Positions 56,254 through 64,000 of a stretch of DNA of 64,000 nt are shown here, piece after piece. Origin of the DNA: an uncultured Rikenella sp. Its GTDB lineage: Bacteria; Bacteroidota; Bacteroidia; Bacteroidales; VadinHA17. Numbering within the stretch: the stretch's first letter is position 1; each line of letters opens with the position of its first letter. The notes under the pieces are model-generated. The model did no database searches. It was not told the origin of the DNA and was given only the letters and a program-made list of their open reading frames with translations. Where the stretch lies: positions 16,442 through 80,441 of the forward strand of contig CAYYEH010000004.1 of assembly GCA_964470815.1 (NCBI GenBank), in the 5' to 3' direction. Both the position numbers and the translations under genes were made by a program.

Positions 56254-59200
56254 ATGGTCACGCGCGGAGGATTACCTGACGCAGGGATTTTAATCGGTCT
56301 TGACATCGGTTCGGTATCCCTGAACAGTGTTGTTATGGATGAGCATTTCAACATCATCGAGGACTATTATGACTATGTCCATGGCAAACCGTTCCATGTT
56401 CTGCATACCAGGCTGACGAAGCTGTTGGCTGATCACCCTGCTGACACCATCATGGGGCTGGCTGTCACGGGCGCCGGCGGCAGGCTGGCTACTGACCTGA
56501 TCGGAGGACTTTGCGTCAACGAGATAATTGCCCAGGCCACCTCGGCATCCCGGCTTTTTCCCGATGCCCGTACCGTGATTGAGATAGGGGGTGAAGACTC
56601 CAAACTCATCATGCTTGAGAGAGAAGCACCGGATGATTTTCCGAGGCTTGTTGACTTTGAGATGAACAGCATATGTGCGGCAGGCACCGGTTCCTTCCTT
56701 GACCAGCAGGCGAGGAGGATAGGTGTCCGCATCGAGAAGGAATTCGGTGAGCTTGCCCTGAAATCTGTCTCGCCTCCCCGCATAGCAGGGCGTTGCAGCG
56801 TCTTTGCCAAGAGTGACATGATCCATCATCAGCAGATAGCCACCCCACTCCATGACATTGTTGCGGGGCTCTGTTTTGCTCTTGCACGCAACTTCCGCAG
56901 CACCGTGGCAAGAAGGAAGGAGATGAAGAAACCGGTATTATTCACCGGTGGCGTTGCCGCAAACGCCGGAATGGTAAGGGCTTTTACCGAGGTGCTTGAC
57001 CTCGGCCCCGGTGAGCTGATCATCCCGGAACACCATGCTTCAATGGGAGCCATTGGCGCCGTCATGTATTCACGCCTTGACGGACAGCTGACGGCCGGCT
57101 TTGCAGGGCTTGAAAGGCTGGAGGAGTACCTTCACCGGAGTACGGCCTCATTTGTTAGCCTGCCACAGCTGAAAGAATCAGAAGCCCTTTATAACAAGGA
57201 AGTCAAAATCAAGAGTAATGGTGAAGGAAAACTGCGCGTATATCTGGGTATTGACGTCGGATCACTGAGTACCAACGTGGTGCTGATAGATGCCGGTCAT
57301 AATGTGGTGGCCCGCCGTTACCTCCCTACCGCAGGGAAACCCCTCGAGGCTATTAAAAAAGGACTGGGCGAGATCTATGATGAGGCAGGCAGTTTTGTCG
57401 AGGTGATAGGTGCAGGAACCACCGGTTCAGGCCGGTATCTCACAGGTGACTTCATTGGCGCAGACGCCATCAGGAACGAAATTACCGCCCAGGCTACCGC
57501 TGCCATTGACTATGACCCTACCGTTGACACCATTTTTGAGATCGGTGGCCAGGATTCAAAGTATATAAGCATTGAAAACGGGGTGGTAGTAGACTTCGAG
57601 ATGAATAAGGTGTGTGCCGCCGGAACAGGTTCATTCCTTGAAGAACAGGCCGAAAAACTTAACATAAAGATTGTCGGGGAGTTCGGCGACATGGCTCTCA
57701 GCAGCAGGAGCCCAGTGAAGCTGGGTGACCGATGCACTGTTTTCATGGAGTCAGACCTGAACACATTCATGCAGAAGGGTGCCAGGGATGAGAATCTGGT
57801 TGGCGGACTGGCTTACTCCATCGTATACAACTATCTGCAGAAGGTAGTGGCTGACCGCAGGATAGGTAACCGGATCTTCTTCCAGGGGGGTGTCACCAAT
57901 AACAAGGCTGTGGTGGCTGCCTTTGAGCAGGTGCTGGGAAAGAAGATAATTATTCCGCCTCACTTTGATGTCACCGGAGCCATCGGAGCGGCTATACTGG
58001 CCCGGAGATCGATGACCGAAGGACAGAAGACCACCTTCAAGGGGTTCGGCATCAGGAACGCCAGCTACGAGATAAGCAGGTTCGTCTGTAACGCATGTGT
58101 CAACCACTGCGAGATAAGCAGTGTGAAGATCGAAGGTGAGAAAAAGCCCCTTTATTACGGCGGCAGATGCGAAAAATGGGAGACTGACAGCAGGAAGAAA
58201 AAGAATGACCATATTCCGAACCTCTTCCTGAAGAGGACGGAGATGCTGACGGGTGATTACCGCGAACAGGAACCTGACGGGAGGCCTACGGTGGGAATCC
58301 CCAGGGCACTGATGGTCTATTACCAGCAATTTCCATTCTGGAGAACCTTCTTTGAAGAGACAGGTTTCAGGGTGATTCTTTCAAGGGAATCTGACAAGGC
58401 GCTGGTGACCCGCTCCCTGGAGACAGTCACCTCGGAAACCTGCCTCCCTGTGGAGCTGATGCACGGGCATGTGATAGACCTGGTCGAAAAAGGCGCTGAC
58501 TATGTTTTTATGCCCTTTATCGTCAGTGGCAAATACAAGGAGGGAGACACCACATCCAACTCCAACTGCCCATGGATCCAGTCGTTCCCTTTTATGGTTA
58601 AGGCCGCGCTGCGAGACAGGGTTGATGAGAAGAAGTTCCTCACTCCCACCCTCCATTTCAGGTACTTTGAGAGGGCTCTGGAAAAGGAGATGACCTCCTT
58701 TTTCGGGGAGAAGATGGGACTCAGAGGCGAGCGGGTCAGAAAGGCTCTTCTGAAGGCTGACGAAGTGCAGACTGCATTTGAAAAGGAAGTTGTTGCCTAC
58801 GGACGCACCGTCATGGCAAATATCCCTGAAGGATGCCGGCCTGCTGTCATTCTTGGCAGGCCTTACAACAGCAGCGATCCGCACCTCAACCTCAGCCTGG
58901 CGGAGAAGCTCATCGCACAGAATGTGATGCCTGTTCCCCTTGACATGCTTGGCATCTCTGTTGCCGACCTTTACACCAGCTATCGCAACATGTACTGGCC
59001 CAACGGTCAGAAAATGTTAGCCGCCGCCCGGCACGTTGCCCGTACTGACGGCCTTTATGCAGTATATATCAGCAATTTCCGGTGTGGCCCTGATTCATTC
59101 ATCTGGCATTACATCACCGAGGAACTTAAAGGTAAGCCTTTCCTTCACCTGGAAGTTGACGAACACTCTGCCGACGCAGGCATGGTGACCCGGATAGAGG

Positions 59201-60501
59201 CATTCCTGGACAGCCTGGCGGGATCAGAGAAGAATGTGAAGAAAACCATAGAGGTGATCAGGCCAAGGCCCAGTCCCTCCGCACCCCCTTCAAACAGGAC
59301 ACTCTATTTTCCATACATGCATGACGGTGCACTCTTTGTCGCCGCCGCTGCCCGGAGCGTCGGCATTCCCTCCGAGGTTTTACCGCCACAGACAGAGGAG
59401 GATATAGCCCTGGGAAGAAAGTATACCTCGTCCAAGGAGTGCTTCCCGATGATATGCACCACCGGAAGCTTCCTGCGCAAACTGATGGAACCAGGGGGAG
59501 ACCCCTCGAAGATGAGTTTCTTTATGCCTGACCATAACGGTCCCTGCCGCTTCGGTCAGTATAACCAGTTTCAGAGGATACTGTTTGACAGGCTGGGATA
59601 CAGGGATGCCGAACTTATAACACCCTCAAATGATACATCATATGCAGACCTTGCCGGCGACCGCAGCCAGCGGTTCAGGATCAACGCCTGGAAAGGGTTT
59701 GTGTCGTTTGACTTCATCAGGAAGCTGTACAGGGAGACAAGGCCGTATGAGTTACACACTGGTGACAGCGAAGAGGTCTACCGTAAGGCAATGAAGAATG
59801 CCGAAGCCTCCATTGAAAACAACTGCAGGGGTCTTCGAAGGATACTTGTTGAGACCGCTTCAGAATTCGCGGCAGTGAATGTAGACAAAAGGCGGCGTAA
59901 ACCGGTCATCGCCGTACTGGGTGAGATCTTCATGCGTGACAATGCAACCTGTAACGGCAACATCGCCAACCGCCTGGAAGCTCTTGGCGCCGAGGTACTT
60001 GTAGGCCCTTTCTCCGAGTGGATCACCTATTCAACCCATCGCTACTCCCGCGACAGCAGGTGGAAGAACGACAGGAAGGGGCTGGTAAAATCGAAGATAC
60101 AGGGTATAGGCCAGGAGGTTATCGTTGACTACCTTCTCCGGGGAATCAGGAAGATGAGTGACACCTCGAAGGATGTCACGCTTCATGAGATACTGAAACT
60201 GAGTAACCGGTATGTCAGTGAATTCTATGACGGTGACCCTCCGATAGCCCTGGGAATGTCTTCGGCCCTGGCTGAAAGGGGAGTGTCAGGCATAGCAGCC
60301 ATTCTTCCGTTCACCTGTATGCCGGGTACGCTGATAGCATCAGTAAGCGACTCATTCAGGAAGGATCACAACAACATTCCCTTCCTTAACATACCGTATG
60401 ACGGGCAGGACAGCGTGTCGCTGGATACAAGACTCCAGGCCTTCTTCTTCCAGGTCAGGGAGTATGCCGGGGCTCACCAACCAGTGTCATCTCATCAATG
60501 A
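56254..60501 (+). CDS. Fusion of two BcrAD/BadFG-type (2-hydroxyacyl-CoA dehydratase activase-like) ATPase domains with a dehydratase-component-like/DUF2229-type C-terminal region
   Basis: 1415 aa. Two actin-fold ATPase copies: GLDIGSVSLN...EIGGEDSK...NSICAAGTGSFLD...RCSVFAKSD, and GIDVGSLSTN...EIGGQDSK...NKVCAAGTGSFLE...RCTVFMESD. These are followed by CNACVNHCEISS...GGRCEKWE and about 800 aa of C-terminal region. Confidence 0.8.
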   Translation: MVTRGGLPDAGILIGLDIGSVSLNSVVMDEHFNIIEDYYDYVHGKPFHVLHTRLTKLLADHPADTIMGLAVTGAGGRLATDLIGGLCVNEIIAQATSASRLFPDARTVIEIGGEDSKLIMLEREAPDDFPRLVDFEMNSICAAGTGSFLDQQARRIGVRIEKEFGELALKSVSPPRIAGRCSVFAKSDMIHHQQIATPLHDIVAGLCFALARNFRSTVARRKEMKKPVLFTGGVAANAGMVRAFTEVLDLGPGELIIPEHHASMGAIGAVMYSRLDGQLTAGFAGLERLEEYLHRSTASFVSLPQLKESEALYNKEVKIKSNGEGKLRVYLGIDVGSLSTNVVLIDAGHNVVARRYLPTAGKPLEAIKKGLGEIYDEAGSFVEVIGAGTTGSGRYLTGDFIGADAIRNEITAQATAAIDYDPTVDTIFEIGGQDSKYISIENGVVVDFEMNKVCAAGTGSFLEEQAEKLNIKIVGEFGDMALSSRSPVKLGDRCTVFMESDLNTFMQKGARDENLVGGLAYSIVYNYLQKVVADRRIGNRIFFQGGVTNNKAVVAAFEQVLGKKIIIPPHFDVTGAIGAAILARRSMTEGQKTTFKGFGIRNASYEISRFVCNACVNHCEISSVKIEGEKKPLYYGGRCEKWETDSRKKKNDHIPNLFLKRTEMLTGDYREQEPDGRPTVGIPRALMVYYQQFPFWRTFFEETGFRVILSRESDKALVTRSLETVTSETCLPVELMHGHVIDLVEKGADYVFMPFIVSGKYKEGDTTSNSNCPWIQSFPFMVKAALRDRVDEKKFLTPTLHFRYFERALEKEMTSFFGEKMGLRGERVRKALLKADEVQTAFEKEVVAYGRTVMANIPEGCRPAVILGRPYNSSDPHLNLSLAEKLIAQNVMPVPLDMLGISVADLYTSYRNMYWPNGQKMLAAARHVARTDGLYAVYISNFRCGPDSFIWHYITEELKGKPFLHLEVDEHSADAGMVTRIEAFLDSLAGSEKNVKKTIEVIRPRPSPSAPPSNRTLYFPYMHDGALFVAAAARSVGIPSEVLPPQTEEDIALGRKYTSSKECFPMICTTGSFLRKLMEPGGDPSKMSFFMPDHNGPCRFGQYNQFQRILFDRLGYRDAELITPSNDTSYADLAGDRSQRFRINAWKGFVSFDFIRKLYRETRPYELHTGDSEEVYRKAMKNAEASIENNCRGLRRILVETASEFAAVNVDKRRRKPVIAVLGEIFMRDNATCNGNIANRLEALGAEVLVGPFSEWITYSTHRYSRDSRWKNDRKGLVKSKIQGIGQEVIVDYLLRGIRKMSDTSKDVTLHEILKLSNRYVSEFYDGDPPIALGMSSALAERGVSGIAAILPFTCMPGTLIASVSDSFRKDHNNIPFLNIPYDGQDSVSLDTRLQAFFFQVREYAGAHQPVSSHQ

Positions 60502-62623
60502 GATAACCTGCGCCTGCAAACTTGTCTATAATAAACAGTACATACCTGATGTCAAGGCTGATATTGCGGCTCTGGTTCGGGTTGTACATGATGTCTGAGG
60601 CCACTCCCTCCCATGCTCGGTCAAAGTTGACACCAATAAGGTGACCATCAGCGTTCAGAACGGGACTGCCGGAGTTTCCTCCTGTGGTATGATTGTTTGC
60701 GATAAAGCATACCGGCACATCCCCTTCAACACCATACCTGCCGAAGTCCTTCTTCTCATACAGCTCCCTCAGCCTGTCAGGAACATCGTAATCATAAATC
60801 TCCGGGTTATCCTTTTCCATCACTCCTGTCAGGGTTGTCTGGTGTTTGTGATACACCGCATCACGCGAATCGTAGCCCATGACCTTTCCAAATGCCAGCC
60901 TGAGTGTTGAGTTTGCGTCCGGATAGAAGACCCTGTCGCTGCCCTGTTCCATCTGTGCCGCCATATAAAGCTTGTTGAGCTTAGCCAGCCTGGTATCGGC
61001 AGCAACCATTTCTTCCCTTATCCTGGAGTCAATCAGGCCTGCGGCCGAGACTGCCATCGTGTAAAACGGGTCCTTCCTGACCTTTTTAGGGTCAAACCTG
61101 CCGATAAGCTCCTTAACCCTGGCCTCATCGGTAAAGATTGATTTGTCAAATAGCTTGCCGGCCACCGACCCGAAATCGCCCCGGCACGATGCTGCCAGTT
61201 CCCTGTAGGCATCAGCCTGCCAGTCCGGTTCTATATTCCTGCCGTAAAGATCCATTACAGCAACAAAAAGTTGTTCAGACACATTCCGGTCAAAGTTCCG
61301 GAAGAAGCCGTCAGCGTAATCCTGCAGTCTCTTAAGCTCCTTCTCAAGTGCCGGATCCTTTTTTTCAGCCATCTCAACGGCTCTTCTGAAGGCGGCAGCC
61401 AGGTAAGCAGGTTCAACACCTGCAGAACCGAAGACTTCATTGGTATATGTGTTAACAAGGTAATTATGGGTATAGGTTGCATATATATCCCTGTACTCAT
61501 CCAGTATTTTTCCATATTTGGTCACCCGTGCCGGATCAGCTGCCACCCACTTCGTGAACTCCTTCTCAAAAGACTCCTTGCGTGCCACACCGTTCATTTT
61601 ATCAAGGCTCTGTATCTCCCCTATCCACTTCTTCCAGCCATTGGCCAGACCGAACGACTTGCCTGAATACTTAAGTCTTACGAGCTGGTCCTTCGCCATC
61701 TCCTGTTCCATAATGGATATCTTTTTACCCCGGATTTCAACCTGTTTCGGGTAAATCACCTCCTTCAGCATACGGATGTGATAAGAAGGCGCATACTGCT
61801 GTGTTCTGCCCGGGTAGCCGAAGACCATTGTGAAATCTCCCTCCTTCACGCCTGCCAGCGAGACGGAGAAGTGGTATGCCGGGCGGTAAGGAACATTTTC
61901 CGCTGAGTAAGCAGCCGGCTTGTTCTCTCTGTCAGCATAGACCCTGAAGAGAGAGAAGTCACCTGTATGCCTGGGCCACACCCAGTTGTCAGTATCGCCT
62001 CCGAACTTCCCTATGGCTGAGGGGGGCGCCCCAACAAGCCTGACGTCACGGAACACTTCATTGACGATAAGGAAATACTGATTGCCGAGGAAGAAGGGCC
62101 TGACAGCCGAAACAAAATGAGTCCCTTTGACCGCTTCGGCATTGATGGCGGTGATATTTGCATTGATAACAGCATCACGCTTCTCATCCTCCATGTCGTC
62201 AGTAACGCCTTTGAGCACCCTTTCAGTGACATCCTCCATATACTTCAGGATGGTGACCGTGAGCCCGGGATTTGAAAGCTCTTCTGTATTGGAACGGGCC
62301 CAGAAACCTTCGGTAAGGTAGTCATGCTCAAGGGTGGAGTGATTCTGAATGTACCCGTAACCGCAGTGATGATTTGTGATTATCAGCCCTTTATCAGAGA
62401 TGAATTCCCCGGTGCAGCCACCCCCGAAGAGCACCACGGCATCCTTCATTGAGGCCCTGTTTATGCTGTAGATATCTTCAGCTGTCAGTTTGAAACCGTT
62501 CTCCTGCATCGGCTTAATGTTGTACTTATCAATCAGCACAGGTATCCACATCCCCTCATCAGCGAGTGACGCAGGCACTGCAAGTGCCAGTAACAGCAGG
62601 GTTGTCAGAAATCTTTCTTTCAT
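60455..62623 (-). CDS. S46-family dipeptidyl-peptidase, DPP11-type (Arg at S1 specificity position)
   Basis: 722 aa. Signal peptide followed by DEGMWIP, catalytic His ITNHHCGY and Ser TTGGNSGSPV. Arg lies 18 residues after the catalytic Ser (GVNFDRAWEG), as with Ser655/Arg673 in P. gingivalis DPP11 versus Gly in DPP7 (from memory). Confidence 0.85.
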   Translation of the reverse strand: MKERFLTTLLLLALAVPASLADEGMWIPVLIDKYNIKPMQENGFKLTAEDIYSINRASMKDAVVLFGGGCTGEFISDKGLIITNHHCGYGYIQNHSTLEHDYLTEGFWARSNTEELSNPGLTVTILKYMEDVTERVLKGVTDDMEDEKRDAVINANITAINAEAVKGTHFVSAVRPFFLGNQYFLIVNEVFRDVRLVGAPPSAIGKFGGDTDNWVWPRHTGDFSLFRVYADRENKPAAYSAENVPYRPAYHFSVSLAGVKEGDFTMVFGYPGRTQQYAPSYHIRMLKEVIYPKQVEIRGKKISIMEQEMAKDQLVRLKYSGKSFGLANGWKKWIGEIQSLDKMNGVARKESFEKEFTKWVAADPARVTKYGKILDEYRDIYATYTHNYLVNTYTNEVFGSAGVEPAYLAAAFRRAVEMAEKKDPALEKELKRLQDYADGFFRNFDRNVSEQLFVAVMDLYGRNIEPDWQADAYRELAASCRGDFGSVAGKLFDKSIFTDEARVKELIGRFDPKKVRKDPFYTMAVSAAGLIDSRIREEMVAADTRLAKLNKLYMAAQMEQGSDRVFYPDANSTLRLAFGKVMGYDSRDAVYHKHQTTLTGVMEKDNPEIYDYDVPDRLRELYEKKDFGRYGVEGDVPVCFIANNHTTGGNSGSPVLNADGHLIGVNFDRAWEGVASDIMYNPNQSRNISLDIRYVLFIIDKFAGAGYLIDEMTLVGEPRHTP

Positions 62624-63225
62624 ATGGTTTTTGTTTTGTTTTTCGTAAAGCGTATCAATTCGGTAAGGAGATCACTGACAGGCAATCCCACCACGTTGTA
62701 GTATGACCCTTCTATGGCTGTAATGCCCCTCAGCCCGATCCATTCCTGTATACCGTAAGCGCCTGCCTTGTCAAGAGGGTGGTAATTCCGTACGTAGTAT
62801 TCTATCTCGTCATCTCCCAGATTCCTGAAGTTAACACCTGTGGTGACTGAGAATACTGTCCTGCTATCAGCGGATCTGAGGCAGATGCCTGTAATGACCT
62901 CATGCCTGCACCCTGAAAGTTGTCTCAGGAAACTAATTGCCTCGGCATCATCAGCAGGCTTGCCGAGATTAATACCGCGGCACCAGACAATAGTATCAGC
63001 AGTAATCAGGACCTGCCCCGGAGCAATCGGCTCATGCCACGAATCTGCCTTTCCTTCCGCAAGGTATTCGGCAATCTCTTTTCCCCGGAGCTGCAGCGGG
63101 TATCTCTCATCAAACCTGGTAACGGCCACCCTGAACCTGAACCCGGCCTCCTCCATGAGCTGCCGGCGCCTGGGTGAGGCCGATGCAAGAATGAGGTCAA
63201 TGTGCTCTAATTGGTCAGATAGCAT
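62620..63225 (-). CDS. maf: Maf-family nucleoside-triphosphate pyrophosphatase
   Basis: Translation from ATG 63225 reads MLSDQLEHIDLILASASPRRRQLMEEAGF, with TADTIV and DKAGAYGIQE. The ORF-track start at 63288 overlaps the upstream gene and is unlikely to be real. Confidence 0.88.
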   Translation of the reverse strand: MLSDQLEHIDLILASASPRRRQLMEEAGFRFRVAVTRFDERYPLQLRGKEIAEYLAEGKADSWHEPIAPGQVLITADTIVWCRGINLGKPADDAEAISFLRQLSGCRHEVITGICLRSADSRTVFSVTTGVNFRNLGDDEIEYYVRNYHPLDKAGAYGIQEWIGLRGITAIEGSYYNVVGLPVSDLLTELIRFTKNKTKTI

Positions 63226-63226
63226 C

Positions 63227-64000
63227 CTAAAGAATTTTGCCTGAAGAGATGATGGCACCTGCAACAAAGGAGTACAATACTCCTGCAAGCATGATCAGCT
63301 TCATCAGCCTGCTGGCAAAGTGCAGATGGCTCTTTTCATTGCTGCTGACCACCCTGGTTATAACTATGGCAAATGGCAGGGTCAGAAGCAGGGTAATATA
63401 GACAAGTGTGATGGTATCGGTGAGATATCTGAACCAGACGAAATAAAGCAGGGCAACGGTGGCAACAGACAGAAACACCACAACAGTCCTGCAAGCAAGA
63501 AGTCCGGAAATGACAGGAAGGGTCTTTCTGCCTGTCTCCCTGTCACCTTCACAATCCTCCATGTCCTTGATTATTTCACGGATGAGTGTGGTCAGGAATG
63601 CAAACAGGGCAAAGCCTCCAACCCACCAGAATAGTATCGCCACACCGGGGAAGTCCAGAGCAGCCTGTGAATACCAGGCGTATACAGGCGCTGCGTCATA
63701 TACCACCACAACCATCGGCACTGCTGCAACCAGCAGGGCAACAATGATATTCCCGATGAGAAACTGCCTCTTGTAGGTGGCGGAATAGAAATAGAGCAAC
63801 CCGGAGATCAGGATAAAGAATATTCCCAGCCATATGTAACCTATCCGGGCAGACACGTAAGTGCCGCCAATTACACCAAGAATGTTGAAAATATTGTGGT
63901 AGAGCATTGCCATACGCCTTGTGATGGTGTTCCCGACAATGATTGTACCCTTGTTGATAAGGTCAGCACGGATATCAAAATAGTCATTTATGACGTAACC
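63227..64000 (-). CDS. UbiA-family prenyltransferase, N-terminus outside window
   Basis: The reading frame stays open upstream of Met 63913 to the window edge. My translation there reads GYVINDYFDIRADLINKG, the NDxxDxxxD prenyl-diphosphate motif. The polytopic remainder includes the second motif IIKDMEDCEGD. Confidence 0.8.
   Translation of the reverse strand, partial: GYVINDYFDIRADLINKGTIIVGNTITRRMAMLYHNIFNILGVIGGTYVSARIGYIWLGIFFILISGLLYFYSATYKRQFLIGNIIVALLVAAVPMVVVVYDAAPVYAWYSQAALDFPGVAILFWWVGGFALFAFLTTLIREIIKDMEDCEGDRETGRKTLPVISGLLACRTVVVFLSVATVALLYFVWFRYLTDTITLVYITLLLTLPFAIVITRVVSSNEKSHLHFASRLMKLIMLAGVLYSFVAGAIISSGKIL

Noticed and set aside
1-64000. tRNA, rRNA, riboswitch, transposase/integrase, phage or defence-system genes
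   Set aside because: I read every intergenic spacer longer than 100 bp: 9045-9155, 14301-14513, 17524-17762, 26929-27104, 31660-31865, 41059-41228, 45299-45712, 46172-46372, 53119-53335 and 55956-56253. They showed only AT-rich promoter-like sequence and simple hairpins. No cloverleaf-like GC-rich segments appeared, and no ORF had nuclease, recombinase or restriction motifs. This was a visual scan, not a covariance-model search.

Overview
This 64-kb window is a chromosomal segment with about 46 protein-coding genes. I found no rRNA, tRNA, CRISPR array, transposase or integrase. It most likely comes from an anaerobic member of the Bacteroidota. The evidence is repeated TAnnTTTG -7 promoter boxes 15-45 nt upstream of start codons, an S46 dipeptidyl-peptidase, paired DUF3857/transglutaminase genes, a T9SS/FlgD-Ig-like beta-sandwich, DUF1080 and Gfo/Idh/MocA pairs, and strictly anaerobic enzymes ([FeFe]-hydrogenase, a glycyl radical enzyme, Hcp).

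Main modules, in order:
- (1) 1..12563: a HydABC-type trimeric [FeFe]-hydrogenase operon. It is co-transcribed with an H-cluster-domain::histidine-kinase fusion, a stand-alone REC protein, a REC::HK hybrid, Rex and RibF. A divergent operon encodes a [2Fe-2S] ferredoxin, a second H-cluster-domain::PAS sensor and a PP2C phosphatase. A Rex-type operator lies in the shared promoter region. The HydA-like subunit has Ala at the proton-relay Cys position.
- (2) Housekeeping and peptidase genes: NUDIX, metallophosphoesterase, M28, YgjP, YebC, SpmA/B.
- (3) 19060..26928: a candidate synthase-dependent exopolysaccharide module (CheY-like REC, TPR+YaiO-type barrel, SPOR-TM-HEAT protein, processive GT2). 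A convergent secreted GH-like protein and a SiaC/DUF1987 gene sit next to it.
- (4) A HEAT+2xDUF1080 giant protein with a TAT-signal Gfo/Idh/MocA oxidoreductase.
- (5) A DUF3857/transglutaminase pair.
- (6) A sulfatase-MFS-ROK operon.
- (7) Malic enzyme, followed by a HypD-like glycyl radical enzyme with its activase.
- (8) A divergent carboxyltransferase-biotinyl protein, an M3 peptidase and a 7TMR-DISM kinase.
- (9) HcpR with a perfect operator palindrome, plus frdX-like and hcp genes.
- (10) A 1415-aa double BcrAD/BadFG ATPase fused to a dehydratase-like domain.
- (11) An S46 (DPP11-type) peptidase, Maf and a UbiA prenyltransferase.

The strongest candidates for undescribed biology are the dual-sensor H2/redox regulatory island with its atypical HydA, and the GT2/YaiO/SPOR-HEAT polysaccharide module. 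All functional calls rest on motifs I read in the translations. No database search was run.
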